A DNA stretch of 64,000 bases, taken from the NCBI GenBank assembly GCA_044866195.1, contig JBIOTT010000024.1, forward strand, positions 4,849 to 68,848, read 5' to 3'. The position numbers were made by a program, and so were the translations under genes. The notes below the pieces were generated by a model, which worked only from the letters and a program-made list of their open reading frames with translations, did not search any database and was not told the origin of the DNA. The stretch is from Gemmatimonadales bacterium (lineage in GTDB: Bacteria; Gemmatimonadota; Gemmatimonadetes; Gemmatimonadales; GWC2-71-9). Each line of letters starts with the position of its first letter. Position 1 is the stretch's first letter. Below, in pieces: positions 35,904 through 45,432 of this stretch.

Positions 35904-35985
35904 GAAAAAGCGTAAACGGTAAACGGTGAACGGGGGCTCCGATGATTCAAGGAGCCCCCGTTTACCGTTTACGCGGTTTCTTTTC
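35904..35985. terminator. Bidirectional intrinsic terminator between the ICL-family gene and hflX
   Basis: A 22-bp stem (35919-35940 pairs with 35951-35972, one G-U) with a 10-nt loop. It is preceded by agaaaaag and followed by ggtttcttttc. The arms are built from gtaaacg heptamers. Confidence 0.75.
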
Positions 35986-37234
35986 GTGGTGCCCGCTGCA
36001 CCACCCGTCCGCCAGCTTTTAGCTGTTCCGCCCTCCACGGCTCCAGCCTTACCGTCACTTCCTGCTCGACCCCCTCGGCCTTCACACCCAGCACCTCGCC
36101 GTCGCGGTAAAGTGCGGCCAGCTGGGCTCCGTCTGAGACCGGTACCCGCACGACCACCGTCACCCGCCCAGCCCGCTCCAGCTCGCGCAGCCGCGCCTTG
36201 AGCGCGGACAGGCCATCGGTCCGCATGGTCGTGGCCATCACCGCGCCGGGGTGGAGCTCCCGTACTCGCACCGCGAATTGGGTCGGGTCGGGCAGCAGGT
36301 CGATCTTGTTGAAGACGACCACCAGCGGCCGGTCGGAAAGATCGAGCTCGCCCAGGACGCCCTCGACCACCCATATCTGCTCCTCCCAGTCGGGGTGGCT
36401 CGCGTCGACCACGTGCAGCAGTGCGTCGGCCGCACGGGCTTCCTCCAGCGTGGCGCGGAAGCTCGCCACCAGGTGGTGCGGCAGTTTCCGGATGAAGCCA
36501 ACCGTGTCGCTCACCCGGCCCCGGATCCCTTCCCCCAGATCGACTTCGCGGGTGAGCGTGTCCAGGGTGGCGAAGAGCCGATTCTCCACCAGAATGTCAT
36601 GCTCTCCCGAAAGCCCCCGGAGAATGCTGGACTTGCCCGCGTTGGTGTAGCCCACCAGCGCAAGGCTCAGCATCGGGTCGCGCCCGGCGCGCACGTTTTC
36701 TCGGTGGCGCTCGACGTCCTTGAGCTTGAGCTTGAGCGCCTGGATCCGGCGGCGGATGATACGGCGGTCGGTCTCCAACTGGGTCTCGCCCGGGCCCCGG
36801 AGCCCGATACCGCCCCGGATACGGGACAGGTGGGTCCACATCCGGGTCAGCCGAGGAAGGAGATACTCGAGCTGGGCCAGCTCCACCTGCAGCTTGGCCT
36901 CGTGGCTTCGGGCCCGAGTGGCGAAGATGTCGAGGATCACCTCCGCCCGATCCATGACCCGGATCTTGAGCTCACGCTCCAGATTGGCGCCCTGAACCGG
37001 CGTCAGCTCCTCATCGAGAACGAGCAGCGTCGCCCCGACGTCGGCGACGGTTCCTTTGATCTCCTCGACTTTGCCCTCGCCGACCAATGTGGCCGGATTG
37101 GGCGAAACGACTTGCTGCGATACTCTCGCCACGACGTCGGCGCCAGCGGTGTCCACCAACTGGGCCAGCTCGTCGAGGTGCTCGGTCATGACCCGGGCGT
37201 CCGCCGAGCCTTTGCGGGGCGCCGCGACCAGCAC
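35969..37234 (-). CDS. hflX: GTPase HflX
   Basis: G1 motif GYTNAGKSS, plus DTVGF and NKID. The HflX N-terminal domain pattern is ELAQLVDTAGA. Confidence 0.9.
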   Translation of the reverse strand: MLVAAPRKGSADARVMTEHLDELAQLVDTAGADVVARVSQQVVSPNPATLVGEGKVEEIKGTVADVGATLLVLDEELTPVQGANLERELKIRVMDRAEVILDIFATRARSHEAKLQVELAQLEYLLPRLTRMWTHLSRIRGGIGLRGPGETQLETDRRIIRRRIQALKLKLKDVERHRENVRAGRDPMLSLALVGYTNAGKSSILRGLSGEHDILVENRLFATLDTLTREVDLGEGIRGRVSDTVGFIRKLPHHLVASFRATLEEARAADALLHVVDASHPDWEEQIWVVEGVLGELDLSDRPLVVVFNKIDLLPDPTQFAVRVRELHPGAVMATTMRTDGLSALKARLRELERAGRVTVVVRVPVSDGAQLAALYRDGEVLGVKAEGVEQEVTVRLEPWRAEQLKAGGRVVQRAPRKETA

Positions 37235-37304
37235 GGCGCGCTCGATCGGATCCCGGACGTTGATTAGTTCGCGAATGGGAGCTGCATCCTCACAGGAAAA
37301 GGAA

Positions 37305-38645
37305 TCATTCTTGAGCCTGCTTCTGCTGGGCCCACCAGGCCAGCCGTTCGGCCACGCGTTTCTCGTACCCCATGTCGCCGGGGGTGTAGAAGCTGGTTCC
37401 CCGTAGCTCGTCCGGCAGGTATTCCTGCGCCAGGTATCCCGTCGGCGAATCGTGCGCGTAGCGGTATCCGGCGCCGTATCCCAGCTGCTTCATGAGCGGC
37501 GTCGGAGCGTTCCGGATGTGCAGAGGCACCGGAGCGGCGGGGGAGTTGCGGGCTGCCTCGAGCGCCTGGCCCAGCGCCTCTTTGGCGCTGTTCGACTTGG
37601 GTGCGGTTGCGAGATAGATCGTCATCTCCGCCAGCGGCAGGTATCCCTCCGGGGGACCTAGCATGTGGAACGCGTCCCGCGCCGCGACAGCGATCACCAG
37701 CGCGTTGGGGTCGGCGAGCCCGATGTCTTCGGCCGCCATAGCGATGGCTCGGCGGAAGAGCGTCATGGGATCCTCGCCGCCTTCGATCATGCGCGCCATC
37801 CAGTAGAGCGCCCCCTGCGGATCGCTGCCGCGAAGCGACTTGTGGTACGCCGATAGCAGGTTGTAATGCTCCTCACCCGCCTTGTCGTAGCGCGCGAACC
37901 GCTTCTGCATCGCTTCCCGGGCCAGCTCGACCGTGATCCTGCCATCCGTCGCGGCGTGCGCGGCCGAGGCCTCGAGCACGCTCAGCGCCCGGCGCGCGTC
38001 GCCGTCGGCCTCGTCCGCGATAAAGGCGAGCGCCTCCGGATCGGCCTGAAGCTCGAGCTCGCCCAGCCCGCGCTCCCGGTCGGCCAGCGCCCGCTCGATC
38101 AGCGCCAGTAAGTCCGGCGCGGAGAGGGCCTCCAGCACGAAGACTCGGGTCCGGGAGAGCAGCGCGCCGATCACCTCGAAGCTGGGGTTCTCGGTGGTCG
38201 CACCGATCAGGCTGATGGTACCGTCTTCGGCGGGAGGCAGCAGGCTGTCCTGCTGGGCCTTGTTCAGCCGGTGGATCTCGTCGACGAACAGCACCGTCTC
38301 GGGCCCGCCGGCGGCCAGCTGCTGCTTCGCCTGAACCACGATCTCCCGGATGCGGGGCACACCCTCGCTCACGGCGCTGAAAGGGACGAACGTGCGTCCC
38401 GTCGCCCGGGCCAGCAGCTGCCCGAGCGTGGTCTTTCCCGACCCGGGCGGCCCCCAGAAGATCAGCGATCCCGGCGCCCCCTGCTCGATCAGCACCTGAA
38501 GCGGCTTCCCCGGGCCGAGCAAGTGCCGCTGCCCCACGAACTCGTCCAAAGTTCGGGGGCGCATGCGGCTCGCGAGCGGCTCCGCTCGCCGGGCGCCCGG
38601 AAACAGCGAGGGCTCTTCGGCGATGGCGGCGCGTCTGGGACCCAT
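37305..38645 (-). CDS. rarA: Replication-associated recombination protein A (RarA/MgsA AAA+ ATPase)
   Basis: [21 protein letters not shown], Walker [10 protein letters not shown], and [15 protein letters not shown]. Start re-picked at ATG 38645. Confidence 0.9.
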   Translation of the reverse strand: MGPRRAAIAEEPSLFPGARRAEPLASRMRPRTLDEFVGQRHLLGPGKPLQVLIEQGAPGSLIFWGPPGSGKTTLGQLLARATGRTFVPFSAVSEGVPRIREIVVQAKQQLAAGGPETVLFVDEIHRLNKAQQDSLLPPAEDGTISLIGATTENPSFEVIGALLSRTRVFVLEALSAPDLLALIERALADRERGLGELELQADPEALAFIADEADGDARRALSVLEASAAHAATDGRITVELAREAMQKRFARYDKAGEEHYNLLSAYHKSLRGSDPQGALYWMARMIEGGEDPMTLFRRAIAMAAEDIGLADPNALVIAVAARDAFHMLGPPEGYLPLAEMTIYLATAPKSNSAKEALGQALEAARNSPAAPVPLHIRNAPTPLMKQLGYGAGYRYAHDSPTGYLAQEYLPDELRGTSFYTPGDMGYEKRVAERLAWWAQQKQAQE

Positions 38646-38657
38646 GCCAGGGAAGAT

Positions 38658-38689
38658 AGGCGGACGGGCGAACAGGCGGACGGGCGAGG
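38658..38689. repeat. Four tandem GGCGGAC-type octamers (intergenic)
   Basis: aggcggac gggcgaac aggcggac gggcgagg, between the ZIP stop and the rarA start. Confidence 0.8.
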
Positions 38690-38710
38690 TGGTGCCGCTC
38701 CCGCCGGCCG

Positions 38711-39415
38711 TCACCGTATCAGCCACTCGGCGGCGAAGAAAGCGGCCACCCCACCCACGAAAGACACCGCCGATACCCACCGGCGGCGGTTCTGAAACTC
38801 CGGCACCAGGTTGGACGCGGCGACGTACAGTGTCACACCCGCCGACAATGCGAGCCCATGCCGAGCCAGCGGAGCGACAGCTTCCGTGAGAACCGCGCCG
38901 AGCAGCGTGGCCAGCCCCAGCCCGGTGGCGGAAGCCACCGCCCGCCCCTTGCTCTGTCCGCCCGCGAGCATCATGCTGGCGATGGTCACGCCTTCCGGCA
39001 GCTTGTGCACCAGAACGGCCAGGAACAGCAGCAGGCCGAGCCGGCTGGAGGCGAGAAATCCGCTGGCAATCGCCACTCCATCGAAGAAGGTGTGCAGCGA
39101 CAGGCCGACCAGGGCGGTTACTCCGGTGGCGGCGCTGACCCGGTGGGTCTCCTCGCCATAGTGGAAATGCGGATTCATCACATGCTGGGCGAAATGGACC
39201 GCGAGATAGCCGGCGAGAACGAACCAGGCGGCGCCCGCCCCGTCCTGCAACGCGGTGGGGAACACCCCGATTACGGTGACCGCGAGCATGAATCCCGCCC
39301 CGAAAGCGATTCCCGCGTCGATCGCGTGCAGGCTCCGATGCAGATGGCGCACCACGGCCAGGGCGCCCACGACATTGCCAAGGGCGGCGGCGACCGCAAA
39401 CCCGAGCAGAATCAC
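38711..39415 (-). CDS. ZIP family divalent-metal transporter
   Basis: 234 aa and polytopic. Has HTFFDGVAIASGF and VLVHKLPEGVTIASMM, typical of the ZupT family. Confidence 0.85.
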   Translation of the reverse strand: MILLGFAVAAALGNVVGALAVVRHLHRSLHAIDAGIAFGAGFMLAVTVIGVFPTALQDGAGAAWFVLAGYLAVHFAQHVMNPHFHYGEETHRVSAATGVTALVGLSLHTFFDGVAIASGFLASSRLGLLLFLAVLVHKLPEGVTIASMMLAGGQSKGRAVASATGLGLATLLGAVLTEAVAPLARHGLALSAGVTLYVAASNLVPEFQNRRRWVSAVSFVGGVAAFFAAEWLIR

Positions 39416-40635
39416 GTGAGGTTCCGTACCAGGGCGGTGAGCCGATCGGGAGTGTTGAGCGACGGATCGTCGAGGACGCGCTCGAGCAGCTGATCGAGCA
39501 CCTCACCCACCCGGGGACCGCGCGGCACGCCCAGGGCGAGCAGGTCGTTGCCGTCGAGAGCGAGCTCTCCCCGGGTAATCGGCTCTCGCCGGCGCCGGAT
39601 CTCGGCCACCGCGCCGGCCCAGGGCGCGTCGCTGCCGTGACGGAGCCGCCACAGCGCGAGCAGGTCGTCCGCCGCGGGGCCGGCGGTGGCGAGCCACCGT
39701 CGCACCCCGGCCGCGGTTTGATCCCGGGGCTCAGCCGGCGCCTGTGCGATGGCTTCGGCCCGGCCGATCTCTGCATTCGAACCCTTGAGCCGCTGCAGCA
39801 CGGTCCCGGGCTTGGCGCACTGGAGGGCAACCAGCAGCACCGGGTCGCGAGGCTCCCGGTCGACGTCGGTGACCGAGTAGTCGCTGCCAGCGACGGGCCC
39901 GCGCACCAGCTCCGGGAGCCAGATCGCAGCGGCCCCCACCGCCTGCCAGAGCTCCACCAGCCGGGCAACCGAACGAGCGGTGCGGAGTCCCTTGAACAGC
40001 TCGTCGCGCACCCGTTCGGCGGAGAGCTGCGCCAGCCCGGGCGCAGCGGCGCGGGCCGCCTCCCAGGTCGGCGGATCGATGGTGAACCCGAACCGCGCAG
40101 CGAAGCGGAGCGCGCGGAGAATCCGAAGGTAGTCCTCCCGGAATCGCTCCTCCGGCACTCCCACCGCCCGGACGATGCCTTTCTCCAAATCGGCGGCTCC
40201 GCCGAACGGGTCGCGCCACTCGTGGCGGAACGGATGATAGGCAATCGCGTTGATCGTGAAGTCGCGGCGGGCGAGGTCTTCGTCCAGCGACACGCCGTAC
40301 GCCACGACGGCATGGCGCCCATCGGTGCTGACATCGCGGCGAAATGTGGTTACCTCGTGCAGCACTCGCCGCCGGTCCAGCACGCCGATGGTGCCGTGTT
40401 TGGACCCGATGTCCACCGTCCGCTTGCGCGGGAACAGTGCCTGGACCTGCTCCGGCCGCGCCGAGGTGGTGAAGTCGATGTCGGCTGCGGGGAGCGGACG
40501 CCCCTCCCACGCCGTGCCGAGCAGCGCGTCGCGGATGGCTCCCCCGACGCACCAGACCTCGTACCCGGCGTCTTCCAGACCCCGAGCAATGTCGAGCGCT
40601 TCATCTGGGATCTGGAGCTTAGATGGGAACCTCAT
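39412..40635 (-). CDS. cca: tRNA nucleotidyltransferase / poly(A) polymerase family (CCA-adding enzyme-like)
   Basis: VWCVGGAIRDALLG, DIDFTT and RRDFTINA. Start re-picked at ATG 40635. Confidence 0.75.
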   Translation of the reverse strand: MRFPSKLQIPDEALDIARGLEDAGYEVWCVGGAIRDALLGTAWEGRPLPAADIDFTTSARPEQVQALFPRKRTVDIGSKHGTIGVLDRRRVLHEVTTFRRDVSTDGRHAVVAYGVSLDEDLARRDFTINAIAYHPFRHEWRDPFGGAADLEKGIVRAVGVPEERFREDYLRILRALRFAARFGFTIDPPTWEAARAAAPGLAQLSAERVRDELFKGLRTARSVARLVELWQAVGAAAIWLPELVRGPVAGSDYSVTDVDREPRDPVLLVALQCAKPGTVLQRLKGSNAEIGRAEAIAQAPAEPRDQTAAGVRRWLATAGPAADDLLALWRLRHGSDAPWAGAVAEIRRRREPITRGELALDGNDLLALGVPRGPRVGEVLDQLLERVLDDPSLNTPDRLTALVRNLT

Positions 40636-40645
40636 CGCGACCGGC

Positions 40646-41605
40646 TCACCCGCCGTAGGGCACGCCGGCCGAGAGCGAGAGCAGCAGCTCCATGCGGGCC
40701 TGTGAAGGGGTGCGCGGCCCAGCCGGGACGACGCCCATGGACACGAGCCCCGCGCCGCCGCCCTCGAAGGCGTAGACCGGCGTGACCACGCCCGTGGGGC
40801 AGCGACTGGCAAGCACCACCGGCTTGCCCTCATCCAGCCAGCGTTGAATCGCCGGGATGGCGCCGGGGGGCAGGTTGCCGCTTCCGAAGGCCACGATCAC
40901 GACGCCGTCGTAGCGCGGCCGGGCCAGCTCGAGCATTTCTCCCTGGTCGCCGATCACCATGGGAACCAGGGCGACGCGCGGGCCGGAGGCCGCCAGGCGG
41001 GCGGCAGGCAGGCGGGCCGGCGCGCAGGCGGGCAGAGCGTACTCGACGCGGCCGCCTTGAACCGTCCCCAGGGCCACTCCGTGCGGGGCCGCAAAGGCGT
41101 CGAGCCGCATGGTGTCCGTCTTCACCGCCTCGTGTCCCGCGAAGACCTGCCCGGCGAACACCACGATGGCGCCGCGACCAGCGCTCCCTGGGCTCGCGAC
41201 CACTGCGGCCGCGTCCCGGAGATTGCGGGGACCATCCCAATCGGCGTCGCTGGATGTGCGCATCGCACCGGTGATCGCAACCGGGATGGCGGGGTCGAGC
41301 GTCCGCGCCAGCAGGTAGGCCGTTTCTTCTATCGTGTCGGTCCCATGGGTGATCACGATACCGCGCGGCCGATCCGGGTCTGCGGTCTGGATCTCGCGCA
41401 CCCGATTCCGCAGCGCCCAGAGGCGCTCCGGTCCCAGGTGCGCGGCCGGCACCCGGGCCCAGTTCTCGATCCGAAAGGGGGCGATCCGGTCGAGCCCCGG
41501 GATCCGGGCGACAAGTTGCTCGCCGTCGTGCGCGGGCACGTTCCCGCCGGCGGCCGGATCGTGGTGCATGGAGATCGTACCGCCGGTGAAGAGGAGATGA
41601 ATCAC
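40646..41605 (-). CDS. ansA: L-asparaginase (type I-like)
   Basis: FTGGTISM and ITHGTDTIEETAY signatures. GTG start at 41605 (GTGA overlap). Confidence 0.85.
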   Translation of the reverse strand: MIHLLFTGGTISMHHDPAAGGNVPAHDGEQLVARIPGLDRIAPFRIENWARVPAAHLGPERLWALRNRVREIQTADPDRPRGIVITHGTDTIEETAYLLARTLDPAIPVAITGAMRTSSDADWDGPRNLRDAAAVVASPGSAGRGAIVVFAGQVFAGHEAVKTDTMRLDAFAAPHGVALGTVQGGRVEYALPACAPARLPAARLAASGPRVALVPMVIGDQGEMLELARPRYDGVVIVAFGSGNLPPGAIPAIQRWLDEGKPVVLASRCPTGVVTPVYAFEGGGAGLVSMGVVPAGPRTPSQARMELLLSLSAGVPYGG

Positions 41606-42366
41606 TGATCGGCTGGGCTCAGCAGCCGGCGCAGGCGCTCGAGCAGCGAGGGCCGGAGCTCGAGAGGCTCGACCAGCCGCATCGGCTGATCGGACAGGAC
41701 GGCCGCAGGATTGTACCGCGTCAGCAGATCGGCCTGGATGTCCCCGCCATGCTCTTCGATCAGGCGCCGGCCGGCGAGCAGCATCCGGGTGTCGCCGTGG
41801 TTGTCGGCAGCGATGATGTCCGCCAGGCCGGTCGCGATCAGCTGGCGAGCTCGCTCGCCCCGGCCCCTGGGTGTAAGGAGCGTTGTCGCATCCACCTGCA
41901 TGAAGGCCCCCACCCGACGCCACCGCTCCACGGCGGGCACCGAGCAGGAGGTGTAGCGCTCCGGGTGCGCCAGCACCGGCGCCAGGCCAAGCGATACGAT
42001 GTGGGCCAGCGCGTTGCTCACGGTGGCGCCCGCCACCATGCGGGGGAACTCGACCAGGATATACCGGCTGCCGCCGAGTCGCACACCCGGGTTCGCCGCG
42101 GCGGCTTCGCCCAGGGGCCGGTCCAGCATGACTTCGGCGCCGCGATGCAGCAACGGGGCTCGGGGGGCTGCCGCGCGCAGGGTCTCGAACGCCGCGTCGT
42201 GGCGCGCCGGAACCCCCTCCTCGGCCCGGCTGGCGAGCAGGTGCGGCGTGAGGCAGAGCTCGGTGACGCCGTTCCGGGCCATCTCACGGAGTGTGGCGAC
42301 GGCCTGCTCCACCGTGCGAGCCCCGTCGTCGACCGCGGGCAGGAGATGCGAATGGAGGTCGATCAC
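41602..42366 (-). CDS. PHP-family manganese-dependent protein-tyrosine phosphatase (CpsB/YwqE type)
   Basis: MIDLHSHLLPAVDDGA and LCLTPHL, with AHPERY and ADNHG matching CpsB metal-binding motifs. Confidence 0.8.
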   Translation of the reverse strand: MIDLHSHLLPAVDDGARTVEQAVATLREMARNGVTELCLTPHLLASRAEEGVPARHDAAFETLRAAAPRAPLLHRGAEVMLDRPLGEAAAANPGVRLGGSRYILVEFPRMVAGATVSNALAHIVSLGLAPVLAHPERYTSCSVPAVERWRRVGAFMQVDATTLLTPRGRGERARQLIATGLADIIAADNHGDTRMLLAGRRLIEEHGGDIQADLLTRYNPAAVLSDQPMRLVEPLELRPSLLERLRRLLSPADQ

Positions 42367-42686
42367 AAGCCGGGTCGATGGGCCTGAACGAGTTCCTCGG
42401 CAAAGCCGGCGAGGCCGGCTGCGCCCTGCTCCGCCTGCGCGAGCAACGCCAGCGTCACCAGCGCGTCGGCCGCCAGCAGGTCGAGCGCGGCGGCGCGATC
42501 GCCGGGATGCTCGAGGGCGTGGCTCAGCGCGGCTTCACCCGCCCGCGCGAGCGATTGGGCGATGGTCGGCTCCGGCGACACCCGGCGCGCATATTCGACG
42601 ACGCGGCCGCGGAGCGCTTCCGGTGCTCGCGCCGTGTGCCGCTCGAGCCAGGCCCAGAGAGCGGCAGACGGCTCGGGCGGGGTCAC
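42363..42686 (-). CDS. Hypothetical 107-aa Ala/Leu-rich helical protein
   Basis: The only support is 4-nt overlaps with the alaS stop and the cpsB-like start. No motif was recognised. Confidence 0.45.
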   Translation of the reverse strand: MTPPEPSAALWAWLERHTARAPEALRGRVVEYARRVSPEPTIAQSLARAGEAALSHALEHPGDRAAALDLLAADALVTLALLAQAEQGAAGLAGFAEELVQAHRPGL

Positions 42687-45406
42687 CCGCCGTTGCCAAG
42701 CCAGGCTGCTACCACGGCAGGGGTCTGGGCCCGCGCATCCCCCAATCGAGCCGGATCGCCGGCGCCAGCCGATGCGAAGTGGGGCCGGCCGCCGCCCTTG
42801 CCGCCGCTGATGGCCGCGATCCGATTTACCAGATCTCCCGCCTTTCGTCCGGCGCTCACCAGATCCTCGCTCAGGGTGACGTGAATCGCGCCCCGACCCG
42901 CGGTGCCGAAGAGCACCAACACGGCGTTGCGCCGGCCCTCCCGAAACCGGTCGGCGATCTGACCCAGCTCATTCCGATCGTCGGTGGCGGTCTCCGCCAT
43001 GGTCAGCTGCACCTGATCCACCTGCAGAGTCTCGCCCTCGGCCGGGCCGGTCCCGCCGGACCGGCGGGCATCCTGGAGCCGCGCCTCGAGCCGCTGCCGG
43101 TCTTCGAGCAGTTGGTCGATCTTTCGCGCCAGGTGCTCCGGCTGGGCCTTGAGCCGCTCCGCCGCCTTGGCGATGCGGTCGTCGAGCTCCTGCAGCACGG
43201 CGTAGGCGGTTGGGCCGGTCACGGCCTCGATCCGCCGAACGCCGGCCTGAACCCCGCCCTGCCCCTTGAAGCGGAACAGGCCGACCTGACCGGTGCTGCG
43301 GACATGAGTGCCGCCGCACAGCTCGATCGAGTCGCCCATCTGCACCACCCGAACCACGTCGCCATACTTCTCGGTGAAGAATGCCATCGCGCCCAGGTCG
43401 AGCGCATCGCGGTACGGCATCTGCCGCGTGATGGTCTCGTAGTTGGCCCAGATCTGCTCGTTCACATCCCGCTCGATGGCGCGGAGCGTCTCCGGGTCGA
43501 TCGGCTCCTGATGCGTGAAGTCGAAGCGAAGCCGATCGGGCTCGACCAGCGAGCCAGCCTGCCGCACGTGGCCACCGAGATGCCGGCGCAAGGCCAGGTG
43601 GACGAGGTGAGTGGCGCTGTGGTTGCGCTCGATGTTGCGGCGGCGCGGAGTATCGACCATCGCCTCGACCGGGGTGGGATCGAACGACTCGCCGAAGCTG
43701 CCGCCGATCACCGTGCCCTTGGCCGGGTCCTTCCGCACACTGTCGACCTCGAGCGTCCAGCCGCTGCCGGCCACCGAGCCGGTGTCGCTGACCTGGCCGC
43801 CCGATTCCGCGTAGAACGGATTCTCCCGCAGCACGAGCTCGACCCGATCGCCCGCCTGGCGAAATGCCAGCAGGGCGGAGTCGGTCTGGGTCGTATCGTA
43901 CCCCACGAATTTCTGCTTGCCCCGCTTGAGCGTGCGCCAGGCGGTCGGATCCTTCGCGTGCACCGCAGGGCCGCGCGCCGGCTGCCGCCGGAACGCCCCG
44001 TCCTGCTCGACCGCCGCCGCATCCACTCCCACCGTGGCCTCCCGGCGCGCCGCACGGGAACGCTCCCGCTGCTCGGCGAGCGCGCGCTCGAACCCGGGCA
44101 GGTCGACGCGCACGCCCCGCTCGCCGGCGATGATCTCGGTGAGATCGATGGGGAAGCCGTAGGTATCGTAAAGCTTGAACGCCTCCTCCCCGGCGATCGT
44201 TTCGGCGCCGGTGGCGAAGATTTCGTCCAGCCGCTTGAGCCCGCCGTCGATCGTCTCGAGAAACCGTTCCTCTTCTGCCCGGGTGGTGTCGTGGAGATAT
44301 CCGGCCTGGCCCACCAGCTCGGGATAGATGGCGCCCATCTCGCGCACGACCACGTCGGTGAGCGGGGCGAGGGTGGGCTCGCGCCGGCCCAGCAGCCACG
44401 CGTGCCGGACGGCCCGGCGCAGGATCCGCCGCAGGACGTAGCCGCGGCCTTCGTTGCTGGGGTAGATCCCGTCGGCCAGCAGGAAGCTCACCGCCCGCGC
44501 GTGGTCCGCCAGCACCCGATACGAGGTGCTGCGGGCCCGGGCGTCGACGTTGGGATCGTCGTCATGGACGTAGTCGTACGGCCGCCCAACCAGCTCGCCC
44601 ACCCGATCGAGCAGCGGGCGGAACAGGTCGGTGTGAAAGTTGTCGTCTTCCCCCTGCATCACCGCCGCGATCCGCTCGAGACCGGCTCCGGTGTCGACCG
44701 AGGGCCGGGGCAGCGGAGTGAGCACCCCATCCAGAGCGCGATCGAACTGCATGAAGACGAGATTCCAGATCTCGAGAAACCGGCCCTCCTCGGCCAAACG
44801 CTCGAAATCTGCCTGGGCGACGACCTCCTCTGTCCGCCCGTCCGCCTGTCCGCCTGTCCGCCTGTCGAGGTCGACGTAGATCTCCGTACTCGGGCCACAG
44901 GGACCGGTGTCGCCCATCTGCCAGAAGTTGTCTTTGTCGCCCAATCCGTAGATCCGGTGGTCGGGAAGGCCCGCGATCTCACGCCAGAGCGCGCGGGCCT
45001 CCTGATCGCTGTGGTGCACCGTGACCCGCAGGCGGTCGGGGGAGAGGCCGAGCCCATCCTTGCCGGTGACGAGCTCCCAGGCGAACGCGATGGCGTCGCG
45101 CTTGAAGTAGTCGCCGAAGGAAAAGTTCCCCAGCATCTCGAAAAAAGTGTGGTGCCGCTTGGTGTGGCCGACCTGCTCGAGGTCGTTGTGCTTGCCCCCC
45201 GCGCGGACCACCTTCTGGCAGGTGGCCGCCCGGACATACTCGCGCCGCTCCTGTCCGAGAAACACACGCTTGAACTGCACCATGCCGGCGTTGGTGAACA
45301 GCAGCGTCGGGTCGTCCTTGGGTTCCAGGGACGAAGAGGGCACCTTGCGGTGCCCCCGGGCGACGAAGAAGTCGAGGAAAAGCCGGCGGATGTCAGCGGA
45401 ACGCAT
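42683..45406 (-). CDS. alaS: Alanine--tRNA ligase
   Basis: MRSADIRRLFLDFFVARGHRKVPSSSL, FTNAGMVQFK, GDTGPCGP, and the editing-domain HSATHL...CGGTH. Confidence 0.95.
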   Translation of the reverse strand: MRSADIRRLFLDFFVARGHRKVPSSSLEPKDDPTLLFTNAGMVQFKRVFLGQERREYVRAATCQKVVRAGGKHNDLEQVGHTKRHHTFFEMLGNFSFGDYFKRDAIAFAWELVTGKDGLGLSPDRLRVTVHHSDQEARALWREIAGLPDHRIYGLGDKDNFWQMGDTGPCGPSTEIYVDLDRRTGGQADGRTEEVVAQADFERLAEEGRFLEIWNLVFMQFDRALDGVLTPLPRPSVDTGAGLERIAAVMQGEDDNFHTDLFRPLLDRVGELVGRPYDYVHDDDPNVDARARSTSYRVLADHARAVSFLLADGIYPSNEGRGYVLRRILRRAVRHAWLLGRREPTLAPLTDVVVREMGAIYPELVGQAGYLHDTTRAEEERFLETIDGGLKRLDEIFATGAETIAGEEAFKLYDTYGFPIDLTEIIAGERGVRVDLPGFERALAEQRERSRAARREATVGVDAAAVEQDGAFRRQPARGPAVHAKDPTAWRTLKRGKQKFVGYDTTQTDSALLAFRQAGDRVELVLRENPFYAESGGQVSDTGSVAGSGWTLEVDSVRKDPAKGTVIGGSFGESFDPTPVEAMVDTPRRRNIERNHSATHLVHLALRRHLGGHVRQAGSLVEPDRLRFDFTHQEPIDPETLRAIERDVNEQIWANYETITRQMPYRDALDLGAMAFFTEKYGDVVRVVQMGDSIELCGGTHVRSTGQVGLFRFKGQGGVQAGVRRIEAVTGPTAYAVLQELDDRIAKAAERLKAQPEHLARKIDQLLEDRQRLEARLQDARRSGGTGPAEGETLQVDQVQLTMAETATDDRNELGQIADRFREGRRNAVLVLFGTAGRGAIHVTLSEDLVSAGRKAGDLVNRIAAISGGKGGGRPHFASAGAGDPARLGDARAQTPAVVAAWLGNGG
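44831..44866. repeat. Tandem octamers (t/c)gtccgcc x4 inside alaS
   Basis: tgtccgcc cgtccgcc tgtccgcc tgtccgcc tgtc. On the coding strand this reads DRRTGGQADGRT, in a variable catalytic-domain loop. Confidence 0.85.
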
Positions 45407-45432
45407 TGGGGGAAAATATAGGCGGGGAAGCT

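Noticed and set aside
41999-45421. 1140-aa plus-strand ORF, the longest in this region
   Set aside because: It is antisense to the unambiguous alaS gene. Its composition is Arg/Pro/Gly/Ala-rich with no motifs. This is the typical long antisense ORF of a stop-poor GC-rich genome.
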